From Acidobacteriota bacterium (lineage in GTDB: Bacteria > Acidobacteriota > UBA890 > WLXD01), in assembly GCA_965248695.1 (NCBI GenBank), contig CBDFKD010000002.1, forward strand, positions 2,752,001 through 2,816,000: 64,000 nt of DNA, read 5' to 3'. Within the stretch, counting starts at the first letter, position 1, and every line of letters begins with the position of its first letter. The notes under the pieces were generated by a model. The model searched no databases, had not been told where the DNA came from, and saw nothing but the letters and a program-made list of their open reading frames with translations. Below are positions 30,186 through 37,753 of the stretch, in pieces. The position numbers and the translations under genes are program-made.

Positions 30186-30616
30186 GACGCCCTCCGCCCA
30201 TGCCACACTATCCGGCACTCATCCGAGCAGAAGTACTGCTGTTTGCCTCTCAATACCGTGTGGCACACACCACAAAGCGGCCCCGGGGGCGCCACGGCTG
30301 CCGTGCACGGGTCTTGTGCGGGATACACGATCCAGACAGCGGCCTTGCGGCCCGAACGCGTCCTGCGCGTGTAGGTGGCCTTGAGGATCCGACCGAGCTT
30401 GTACAGCTCCAAACGCCGAGGTCTCTGTGTGGAGGGGTTCATCCTGAGTGCGTGCTGGATCTCCTCGTCGGTGGCCCCGTACGGGCAGGAGGCGATGTAG
30501 GCCAGCACCCGGGCTTGGAGCTTGCTGAGGGAATCCACGATCGCCTCGGCGGCGGCCCTGGACTCCTCGGAGTGGCGCTGGTACGGAGGGGTCGAAAACA
30601 GCGACGTTTGCGTCAT
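30182..30616 (-). CDS. Winged-HTH + Zn-finger phage protein
   Basis: GATDEEI...RPRRLEL...RTRSGRKAAVW; CGVC...FCSDEC. Confidence 0.7.
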   Translation of the reverse strand: MTQTSLFSTPPYQRHSEESRAAAEAIVDSLSKLQARVLAYIASCPYGATDEEIQHALRMNPSTQRPRRLELYKLGRILKATYTRRTRSGRKAAVWIVYPAQDPCTAAVAPPGPLCGVCHTVLRGKQQYFCSDECRIVWHGRRAS

Positions 30617-30810
30617 GCCGCTCGATCCTCCGGGTTCTGCAGCCCCTCGTGGCGCCGCAGCGCCTCCATGTACTCGGGCGATAGCTGCCCCAGCCGAAAC
30701 GGCCGGCGACGGCGAGTACGGAAGATCTCCCGGGCCGTGTGGATGCACACCGCCAGGCACCACACCGCGAAGGCGGCCAGCCCAGCGCTTACCCACCACG
30801 GGTTGCCCAT
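30613..30810 (-). CDS. Small membrane protein
   Basis: One TM helix, coupled ORF. Confidence 0.55.
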   Translation of the reverse strand: MGNPWWVSAGLAAFAVWCLAVCIHTAREIFRTRRRRPFRLGQLSPEYMEALRRHEGLQNPEDRAA

Positions 30811-31424
30811 TACGCCACCTCGCCGTTGAGGTATTGGAACAACCGAGTACGCTGCCAGTCGGGTTCGACACCCCTGGCGACACCCCAGGGGGCATCCCTG
30901 GTGACATCCCTGGCGGCAGCCCTGACGGCATCCATGGGAGCATCCCAGACGACGGCATCCCAGGCGGCATTCGTGGCGGCAGCCCTGGTGGCTTCCAACT
31001 CATCGCTATCCGCTTCGCCTGCGGCGAACCGCCTGGCGACCTCGATGGCTTTCCACGAACGCTTGTCCTTGCAGTCGGCGAGCTTCAGCGCTCGCTCAGT
31101 GCAGTCGCAGGCAAACAGTCGCTGGGTGCGCGCATTCCATGTCTCGACGCGCTCGACTAGTCGAGCCTTGCGGGCCACCACCTTGTCGGCGCGCTCGATG
31201 ATCCGGCCCTGGTACTCGGCGACGTACAGCTCTGGACCCGACCACTCGTCGAGCAGGTCGGTACCGCGACACAGGTGCAGTTCGTAGGGCTCTAGCTCAC
31301 CCTTGACCGCGAACCACTTCCCCGGCTTGCCGTTCTTGGGCAACCCCCACTGACCCGTACCGCCATTGCAAGGCTCACCCTCAGAGCCGGTGTACTTGTA
31401 GAGCAGATCTGGCGTGTACTTCAT
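30810..31424 (-). CDS. Phage protein with Imm5-like domain and AAWDA repeats
   Basis: RLFACDCTERAL...AIEVARRFAAGEA..DEL. Confidence 0.7.
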   Translation of the reverse strand: MKYTPDLLYKYTGSEGEPCNGGTGQWGLPKNGKPGKWFAVKGELEPYELHLCRGTDLLDEWSGPELYVAEYQGRIIERADKVVARKARLVERVETWNARTQRLFACDCTERALKLADCKDKRSWKAIEVARRFAAGEADSDELEATRAAATNAAWDAVVWDAPMDAVRAAARDVTRDAPWGVARGVEPDWQRTRLFQYLNGEVA

Positions 31425-31948
31425 GCCCCCATCTGCCTCTCGTCGGGCCGCCAGTTCGTCGCCGCGTTGACCCTCATCGTTGACGCGGAACGCAGCAGGA
31501 TCGCCTTGAGTCGCTCGCAGCAGGACGCCCACTGTCGCCACTCTTGTATGTCGATCACGCCGTCCACGAACGCCAGCGATCCAAGCGATTCCAACGTGCC
31601 TGCCGTTTGCGTCATATCGGCAGTCATCGCGTGGCCCGAGGAGTACGGTGGCAGCGGTTCGGTCAGGTGTTGCTCGTGCAGGTACCGGGCCGGGGCCGTG
31701 GCGTAGTACCGCTCTTGCCCCAGAGCCACCGATGCCTCGATGATCAGATCCAACCTCGCCAGCGGGCTGCGCACGCCGGTGTCGGTGTGCTCGCCGACCG
31801 GCCGCTGCCACTTCTGCACCAGCGAGGCCGATAGCCCGAGATGTCGGGCTACGCCGTTGGTGTACGGGCCGATGCAATCGCGCATCGCATCCCACGGGTA
31901 GGTACCTGCCGGGTCGCGGGGTGTGTCCTGTTGGCTTGATATGGACAT
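31421..31948 (-). CDS. CII-like phage regulatory protein
   Basis: VARHLGLSASLVQKW...SPLARLD; DGVIDIQE. Confidence 0.55.
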   Translation of the reverse strand: MSISSQQDTPRDPAGTYPWDAMRDCIGPYTNGVARHLGLSASLVQKWQRPVGEHTDTGVRSPLARLDLIIEASVALGQERYYATAPARYLHEQHLTEPLPPYSSGHAMTADMTQTAGTLESLGSLAFVDGVIDIQEWRQWASCCERLKAILLRSASTMRVNAATNWRPDERQMGA

Positions 31949-32028
31949 CGTTGTCTTCTCCGTCATCGAGCCCACCCCGACTACGGATAACGCCGCTCCG
32001 TGCGGCGCGGTTGGGAAACGCGGTACCT

Positions 32029-32367
32029 TCACGCCGCCCTCGATGTGATTTCAGCGAAGGCGACCTCATGCAGAGGCTTGCCGCCAGCTGTTAGAAGTGC
32101 TGGCAGACTCGTCAAGTACTTCGGCCAGGTCTGCCCCGTTGGCAGGACCGTTTCGTCCGACAGCTTGGCTCCCCCGAGACTGGCTCCCTGGAGGTTGGCA
32201 CCCCGGAGGTCGGCTCCCCAGAACTTGGCTTCCCGGAGGTCGGCACACTGGAGGTCGGCTTCCCGAAGGTTGGCTCCCCTGAGATCGGCGAGCCAAAGGC
32301 TGGCTTCTGAAAAGTCGGCACACCGAAGGTCGGCGCCCGGTTCGATCTCCCACTCGTTGACTATCAT
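32029..32367 (-). CDS. Pentapeptide-repeat protein, short paralog
   Basis: ADLxG repeats; shares [10 protein letters not shown]...[12 protein letters not shown] then diverges. Confidence 0.82.
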   Translation of the reverse strand: MIVNEWEIEPGADLRCADFSEASLWLADLRGANLREADLQCADLREAKFWGADLRGANLQGASLGGAKLSDETVLPTGQTWPKYLTSLPALLTAGGKPLHEVAFAEITSRAA

Positions 32368-32549
32368 TACGCTGCCCTCGATGCGCTCTCGGCAGCCTCA
32401 TTGCACGTACAGGCATGCGCCAGCTCGCCGCAGCACTCACACGTAGCTACCGAGTCGTCGCAGTACCCCGAGGTGCACACCCAGTCCGCTTCGTAGTCGA
32501 AAGCAGCGTCCAGGCCGCAGGCCAGGCAAGCGATCTCGCCGACGCTCAC
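32367..32549 (-). CDS. Small Cys-rich phage protein
   Basis: Coupled ORF with several CxxC. Confidence 0.55.
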   Translation of the reverse strand: MSVGEIACLACGLDAAFDYEADWVCTSGYCDDSVATCECCGELAHACTCNEAAESASRAA

Positions 32550-32782
32550 GCCGCCCCCTGGGGCTCGCTGACCGGCTGAAGGCGCGCAACCATTCGCTGC
32601 GTCACCACGTCGCCAATCAGAGTCGCTACGAATGCGAGTTGGTCCTGCTCATCGAGCCGCGCGTAGTATTCGAGCAGCCGGCTCACAGCTTCGCTCGGTG
32701 TCTCCGGGAGCTCCCTGAAACATGCCGGGCACAGGGGGCCTTCGTGGTGGCGGGTGTCAACGAACCGGGTCCGGTCGCTCAT
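32546..32782 (-). CDS. Phage hypothetical protein
   Basis: ATGA/GTGA coupling; CPAC. Confidence 0.6.
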   Translation of the reverse strand: MSDRTRFVDTRHHEGPLCPACFRELPETPSEAVSRLLEYYARLDEQDQLAFVATLIGDVVTQRMVARLQPVSEPQGAA

Positions 32783-32964
32783 GCCGCCCTCCCGGTGTAC
32801 AGATCCACGTAGAAATCCAGATAGTCCTCAGCGCTGAGATCCCGAGCCGTGCAGCGCTGACGCTCCGCGAAAGCACGGCGCGTGGCGGCATAGTCCAGCC
32901 CCCGGCGCTCGCAGTACTCCCGGCACCAGCGGGCCAGCGAATCGAGACGGCGTTCGCGGCGCAT
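32779..32964 (-). CDS. Phage hypothetical protein
   Basis: Coupled ORF. Confidence 0.55.
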   Translation of the reverse strand: MRRERRLDSLARWCREYCERRGLDYAATRRAFAERQRCTARDLSAEDYLDFYVDLYTGRAA

Positions 32965-32966
32965 CG

Positions 32967-33356
32967 CTACCGCCCCACTCCGAACACGGCCTGGGAGCGG
33001 AAGGCGCTGACGAGCTCACCATCGTCGTCCCACTGCGCGCAGGCCATGCACACCACCGGGGGGTTGTGATCGGCGATCTCGCGTGGGTGGGTGGATTGGT
33101 CGCAGGAATCGCACACCGGCCACAGGCGCACACAGGTGGGGCAATAGGCCAAGTAGCCGCGCAGGCACCAGCCCTCTTCCTCTTCCTCCAGCCACTCCTC
33201 GACGGCGCCACAGGCCAAGTACTCATCGCGCGGCGCTTCGATCCTCCTGTTGCAGGAATCGCACTCGATCAGCATCAGGACAGCAGCGGGGCTGGGGGCG
33301 ACGGCGCACTCGACATCGTGTCGAGATACGCGGGCCGTGCTACAGTTGGAGTGCAC
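32967..33356 (-). CDS. Zn-finger phage early protein
   Basis: AGGAGG RBS before GTG 33356; four CxxC pairs. Confidence 0.6.
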   Translation of the reverse strand: MHSNCSTARVSRHDVECAVAPSPAAVLMLIECDSCNRRIEAPRDEYLACGAVEEWLEEEEEGWCLRGYLAYCPTCVRLWPVCDSCDQSTHPREIADHNPPVVCMACAQWDDDGELVSAFRSQAVFGVGR

Positions 33357-33502
33357 TGGAATGACCTCCTGTGTGGTTGTGGTTTGGGCGTGAGGAGTTG
33401 CCGCTTCTCGCGCCCTTTTTTCGTTCGGGAGTGCCACTGCGCGGGGGCCGATCCTTCGCAGTGGCGTGTGGGTACCTGCTTTCGGTAGCGTCATCGGGCC
33501 TC

Positions 33503-33703
33503 CTAAGCGGCCTCGTCGAGTGCGAACAGATCCTCGACCTGCACTTCCAAGGCAGCAGCGAGGCGCAACGCTTTATCGACCCGGGGCACAAACCGGCCGT
33601 TGACGAGCCGGTTCACGTAGGAGTAGTCGAGCCCGGTGCGCCGAGCCATTTCACGCTGGCTAACACCGTGCCGGTCGAGTACGTCCTGGATCGTGTATCG
33701 CAT
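33503..33703 (-). CDS. Cro-like HTH regulator, cassette A
   Basis: GVSQREMARRTGLDYSYVNRLVNG...VEDLF; faces the early operon. Confidence 0.88.
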   Translation of the reverse strand: MRYTIQDVLDRHGVSQREMARRTGLDYSYVNRLVNGRFVPRVDKALRLAAALEVQVEDLFALDEAA

Positions 33704-33827
33704 TGGCGTATTCTCCACTGCCTTATAAGGCAGTTACATAATAGCTAGTATCGTTGATGATAACAAGACTGTTAGTGCTTTTTCTGGTGTTGACGAATCT
33801 GTCAGTGCCCGGATAGCCTCGGCCGGC
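33704..33827. promoter_or_regulatory. Divergent switch A
   Basis: TTGACG(33790)-18-TAGCCT for cI; TTGTTA-17-TATTAT for cro; perfect palindrome ACTGCCTTATAAGGCAGT 33717-33734; CTGT(T/C)AGTGC x2. Confidence 0.7.
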
Positions 33828-34049
33828 ATGGAACTGCGGGATCGCATCAGGGCGCTCGTAGAAGCGCGCGGCACGACGCTCACCCAAGTAGCCGAGTCCA
33901 TGCCGACGCCTGCTGGCCGCACGAGCTTCTGGCGCGTGGTGAGCAAAACGCGACCGACTAGGGACCCTCGCGCATCCACCCTTCAGAAGATCGCCCGCGC
34001 TCTGGGCGTCACCCTCAGCGAACTTCTTGAAGGCGTCGAGTTCGACTAG
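33828..34049 (+). CDS. cI-like XRE repressor, cassette A
   Basis: HTH; PRASTLQKIARALGVTLSELLEGVEFD. Confidence 0.88.
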   Translation: MELRDRIRALVEARGTTLTQVAESMPTPAGRTSFWRVVSKTRPTRDPRASTLQKIARALGVTLSELLEGVEFD

Positions 34050-34120
34050 CCGCGTACGTTCTCTCATCGGACACCCCCGCCAGCGCAGGAGCCGCCATCG
34101 GCCGCGAGGAGCTGTGCCAA

Positions 34121-34882
34121 TTGGGGCTTGATGGAAGTCGCGCCAAACTTCGTCGGGCAAGCCAGCACCTCGAGGCGCTCAAGAGAGAAGCTGACTCCTT
34201 CTTTGAAGCGAACCTCTATCGAATCGCCGTTGAGCCTGAGATCGACGAACTCCACTACGTCGCTCGCGTCAAAGATCCTCCTGCTTTGCCCAGTAGTGAG
34301 TGGGCGCTGACTATCGGCGATTGCATCCACAACCTGCGGTGCTCGCTCGACTACATCGCTTGGGCGCTTGCTGGGGCCGATCTCGATGACACACTCACTC
34401 AGTTCCCGATCTTCGACTCCGAGCGGGCATACAAAGCGCGCGGCACTCCGCGCATGATCCACCTTCCCGCTGAGGCCCGATCCTTGATCCAGCGCGTTCA
34501 GCCGTACCAGAGTGACGATCCCGTGATGGCGCCCCTCTCCCTTCTGAGAAGACTGGACAACCGGAACAAGCACAAATTGCTCTCGGTCGTCGCCGCGATG
34601 CCCGAGCGCTTCCGTTTGAACGCTCTCGTCGATGACGAATCCGCTGGCCAGCCCAAAACGTTCATCGCCGTCACCAAGCCCCGCCTGGTACACAACGCAA
34701 AAATCGCGACCCTCGTCTTCTCTGCACCCCCAAAAGTGCAAATGGATACGCTTGTGGTCGCGCGCGTAGTCTTCGGCGAAGGTATGGGGCCTGATACCGG
34801 CTTGGCTGTATTCGAGAGCCTTGACGCGCTCGTGGTCGAGGTCGGATGGGTCATCGACGCTTTCGATGAGAAGTTCTTCTAG
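34121..34882 (+). CDS. Cargo protein, possible HEPN-like helical domain
   Basis: AKLRRA..HL, GDCIHNLRCSLDY, QFPI, LRRLDNRNKH. Confidence 0.7.
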   Translation: MGLDGSRAKLRRASQHLEALKREADSFFEANLYRIAVEPEIDELHYVARVKDPPALPSSEWALTIGDCIHNLRCSLDYIAWALAGADLDDTLTQFPIFDSERAYKARGTPRMIHLPAEARSLIQRVQPYQSDDPVMAPLSLLRRLDNRNKHKLLSVVAAMPERFRLNALVDDESAGQPKTFIAVTKPRLVHNAKIATLVFSAPPKVQMDTLVVARVVFGEGMGPDTGLAVFESLDALVVEVGWVIDAFDEKFF

Positions 34883-34930
34883 CTCATCGGCTCTCCGGCG
34901 AAGCTCCATGAGAAGCGTGACGATGGCCTC

Positions 34931-35009
34931 GCCCACTGCGCCGCCTGCCTGATTTCGCAGTGGCGTCGAGGTGCTGGGGCTCGGTATCGTCATCGCTCAG
35001 GCGGCCTCG
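34931..35009. repeat. Cassette boundary repeat R1
   Basis: Homologous to R2 and R3; contains CACTGCG-N15-CGCAGTG. Confidence 0.9.
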
Positions 35010-35263
35010 GTGCTTGGCGCTGGCTCGTCGGCGGTCTGTTCCAACACTCGCTCCCGTGCCTCCGCTGCTGCATTCTCGGCTGCTTCCAGGCGGTCCAGAG
35101 CGGCGGTGACCTTGGCCTTGAAATCGGCGGGCGGTTGGCGTAGCCCGTTCAGGTAACGGGAAAACAGCGTGGGCTCGTAGCCGGCCGTGAGCGCCAGTCG
35201 CTCTTGGCTCACACCCAGCTGGGCGAGACGGCTGCGTACCTGCTGTACATGAATAGTTTTCAT
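34997..35263 (-). CDS. Cro-like HTH regulator, cassette B
   Basis: GVSQERLALTAGYEPTLFSRYLNGLRQPP. Confidence 0.85.
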   Translation of the reverse strand: MKTIHVQQVRSRLAQLGVSQERLALTAGYEPTLFSRYLNGLRQPPADFKAKVTAALDRLEAAENAAAEARERVLEQTADEPAPSTEAA

Positions 35264-35326
35264 GATCCCGAACTTAGATGAGATTTATTCATTAGTCAAC
35301 ACCGTTGTTGCCGCTAAAGTGAAAAA
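35264..35326. promoter_or_regulatory. Divergent switch B
   Basis: Minus TTGACT(35299)-17-TAAGTT-7-ATG; plus TAAAGT 6 nt before GTG 35327. Confidence 0.7.
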
Positions 35327-35596
35327 GTGCTTGGGGACCGGCTAGCGAAGACGCGAAAGCGGCGAGGACTATCGCAGTTCCAGCTCGCGGTTGAACTGGG
35401 AGATCGCTACGACCAGTCGATGATCTCCCACGTCGAGAACAATCGAACAGGCCTCGTGCGCGACGGGCTGATCCAAGCTGCCCGCGTGCTCGGCGTTTCA
35501 ACGGACTACCTGCTCGGTCTTACCGACGACCCCACGCCCGCTGCCGACCGCGACACCCCGCGCGCCTGCCCCAAGTGCGGCCACGAGTTCGACTAG
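35327..35596 (+). CDS. cI-like XRE repressor, cassette B
   Basis: LGDRL...RGLSQ..LA...ISHVEN...LGVSTDYLLGLTD. Confidence 0.9.
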   Translation: MLGDRLAKTRKRRGLSQFQLAVELGDRYDQSMISHVENNRTGLVRDGLIQAARVLGVSTDYLLGLTDDPTPAADRDTPRACPKCGHEFD

Positions 35597-35668
35597 CCGT
35601 ACGCCCCGCACTGCGCCGTCTGCCTGATTCCGCAGTGGCGTGGGGGTGGTGGGGCTCGGTAGCGTCAT
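35585..35668. repeat. Cassette boundary repeat R2 (84 bp)
   Basis: 81/84 identical to 36218-36301. Confidence 0.95.
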
Positions 35669-35671
35669 GGC

Positions 35672-35872
35672 TCAGGCGGCCTCGTCGTTCGCTGGGAACA
35701 ACTCGTCGAGCGTCTTGCCAAGCGCTGTCGCCATCTTGTGAGCAGTAGGGAAACGGCAACCGAGGCCGTTGCAGACACGATTAACCTGCGTCGGATTGAC
35801 GCCCGATTGGTCCGCAAGCCATTTCTGCGTCCGGCCCTGCCGTTCGAGTTCAGCGCGAACTTCATTCTTCAT
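35672..35872 (-). CDS. Cro-like HTH regulator, cassette C
   Basis: GRTQKWLADQSGVNPTQVNRVCNG...LGKTLDELF. Confidence 0.88.
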   Translation of the reverse strand: MKNEVRAELERQGRTQKWLADQSGVNPTQVNRVCNGLGCRFPTAHKMATALGKTLDELFPANDEAA

Positions 35873-36013
35873 GAGGTAATCCGTGTATCAGACTATGCTG
35901 TTCTGCAGACTTGCTAATATACATATGGTCCACGTTGCTGTCAATGCATATTTGCATACCCGTCGTTTTGCATACGTTGACGCGCATTGGTGGCGCGCGT
36001 AGCGTCGCAGCCT
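35873..36013. promoter_or_regulatory. Divergent switch C
   Basis: Minus TTGACA(35944)-17-TATATT; plus TTGACG(35977)-17-TAGCGT; TGCATA x3 between them. Confidence 0.75.
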
Positions 36014-36229
36014 ATGGTCAGAACCCTCGGAGGCCGCATCCGGCTGATCGCTGACGAGGCGGAGATCAGCCTTAACGAACTCGCCCGCCGGGCGCGGATG
36101 GACCGGGCCTACCTTGGTCGGGTTCTCAACGGACAAACGCCTAGTCCAGGGATAGCGAACGTCGCCAGAATCGCCCGCGCTCTTGGCGTCACCCTCAGCG
36201 AGCTTCTGGAAGGCGTCGAGTTCGACTAG
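36014..36229 (+). CDS. cI-like XRE repressor, cassette C
   Basis: ISLNELARRARMDRAYLGRVLNG...IARALGVTLSELLEGVEFD. Confidence 0.88.
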   Translation: MVRTLGGRIRLIADEAEISLNELARRARMDRAYLGRVLNGQTPSPGIANVARIARALGVTLSELLEGVEFD

Positions 36230-36301
36230 CCGTACGCCCCACACTGCGCCGTCTGCCTGATTCCGCAGTGGCGTGTGGGTGGTGGGGCTCGGTAACGTCA
36301 T
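36218..36301. repeat. Cassette boundary repeat R3 (84 bp)
   Basis: 81/84 identical to R2. Confidence 0.95.
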
Positions 36302-36313
36302 AAGTTGGCTGGC

Positions 36314-36390
36314 TCAGGCAACTCTCTTACGAGACGAAAAAGAAGACTCGGGGCACTCGAACAACGCACAGAGAACCCAAACCAACTCGA
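36314..36390 (-). pseudogene. 3' remnant of a probable fourth Cro-like gene (cassette D), cut by IS256
   Basis: ...ELVWVLCALFECPESSFSSRKRVA* ending GCCTGAGC at the cro-equivalent position. Confidence 0.45.
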
Positions 36391-37753
36391 GGATCCGGCC
36401 CGAGTCCTGTGGAAATAAAGATGGCGTAACCTCCGAGTAGGAAAAACACAAAGCCGCCACGAGCGGCAGGAGGCTACGCCGTGAAGCAGGTTAGCACGGA
36501 GGGAACCGGGCTCGTCGAGTTCCGGCAGGACGTACAGGCGCTGTTGCGCACCAGGATCCGCGAGGCGATCCAGATGACGCTTGACGAGGAGCTCACCGAG
36601 GCGCTGGGTTGCGACCGATACGAGCGCAACGGGCAGCGGCGAGGCTACCGCAACGGCAGCCAAAGGCGTCGGGTGACGACAGCCCAAGGGCTCCAGGAGC
36701 TGGACATACCGCGGGGGCGCATCGTGGGGCAAGACGGCAGCACCCGAGAGTTCCGCAGCGCGATCCTGCCACGGTACGCACGGCGAGCCCGGCAGGTGGA
36801 CGAGGCGATCCTGGGAGCATACCTGGCGGGAGCCAACACCCGGCGGATCCGCAAGGCGCTCTCTCCGCTGCTGGGCAAGGCGCACCTGACCAAGAGCACG
36901 ATCTCCAGGGTGGTGGGGCGCCTGAAGGCGTACTTCGAGCGCTGGAGACAGCGAGATGTGTCAGGCGAGCGGTACTGGATCCTGTATTTGGACGGGTTCC
37001 ATCTGAAGGTCAGGCTGGCGAGGCGGGTCGTGTCGGCGCCGGTACTGGCGGTGCTCGGGGTCCAGCCCGACGGCCAGAAGGTGTTGGTAGCGTTGCAGTT
37101 GGCGGTCTCGGAGGCAGCGGTGCACTGGCAAGGACTGATCGAGTCGCTGGTGAGACGAGGGCTGCAGGCGCCGGAGGTGCTGATCGCCGACGGCCACAAG
37201 GGCCTGGCCAAGGCGATCGAGGTATGGCCCGATGTGTCGGTGCAGCGGTGCACACAACACAAGTGGAGCAACTTACGCGACCACTGCCCGGTTCATGCAC
37301 GTGCGGAGATGAAGCGGGACTGGGATGCGATCGTCCGGGCCGATGACGGCAACCAGGCCAGAGCCGCCTACGCCGCCTTCGTACGCAAGTGGTCGACCCT
37401 CGTGCCCGCCGTGGCCCGGAGCCTGCAGGAGGCCGGCTTGAACCTGCTGACTTTCTACCAGTTCCCGAAGCCGATGTGGAAGACGCTGCGCACCACCAAC
37501 GCCCTCGAGAACCTGAACCGGGAGTTCCGTCGTCGTACCAAGACGCAGGGCTCGTTCTCGACCGAGGCCGCTGGGGTGACGTTGCTGTGGAGCCTGGTCG
37601 CCTTCGGCCAGATCCGCATGCGACGCATCGATGGCCACCGGTTCTTGGCTCAGCTCACGTGCGGCCCCGACAAACAGGCCGCCTAACCGATAGGATCATC
37701 CGTCGTCGCGGAGGAGACGCTCATCCAATTTCCACGACATTCGGGGCACATCC
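36391..37753 (+). mobile_element. IS256-family element
   Basis: Imperfect IRs GGATCCGGCCCGAGTCCTGTGGAAAT / ATTTCCACGACATTCGGGGCACATCC; no target duplication. Confidence 0.9.
36481..37686 (+). CDS. IS256 transposase
   Basis: GYRNG, LYLDG, IADG, QRC..H, TTNALENLNRE. Confidence 0.95.
   Translation: MKQVSTEGTGLVEFRQDVQALLRTRIREAIQMTLDEELTEALGCDRYERNGQRRGYRNGSQRRRVTTAQGLQELDIPRGRIVGQDGSTREFRSAILPRYARRARQVDEAILGAYLAGANTRRIRKALSPLLGKAHLTKSTISRVVGRLKAYFERWRQRDVSGERYWILYLDGFHLKVRLARRVVSAPVLAVLGVQPDGQKVLVALQLAVSEAAVHWQGLIESLVRRGLQAPEVLIADGHKGLAKAIEVWPDVSVQRCTQHKWSNLRDHCPVHARAEMKRDWDAIVRADDGNQARAAYAAFVRKWSTLVPAVARSLQEAGLNLLTFYQFPKPMWKTLRTTNALENLNREFRRRTKTQGSFSTEAAGVTLLWSLVAFGQIRMRRIDGHRFLAQLTCGPDKQAA

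Larger units (their letters stand above)
22620..36390. mobile_element. Prophage, early/left half (no structural genes in window)
   Basis: int-xis-replication-recombination-immunity order; tightly coupled minus-strand ORFs; ends at IS256. Confidence 0.92.

Noticed and set aside
2675-32367. Pentapeptide gene copies as DGR template/variable repeats
   Set aside because: No reverse transcriptase in the window and the differences are not adenine-specific.
30613-35872. Many phage proteins ending in -AA as ClpXP/ssrA-like degrons
   Set aside because: Adequately explained by a Shine-Dalgarno-like GAGG/GGCGGC overlapping the stop/start of coupled genes; cannot be separated from sequence alone.
33433-36301. 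Cassette repeats as a CRISPR array or classical integron attC sites
   Set aside because: Spacers are 550-1400 bp gene pairs, there are no cas genes, no RYYYAAC/GTTRRRY ends are evident, and the integrase looks phage-type.
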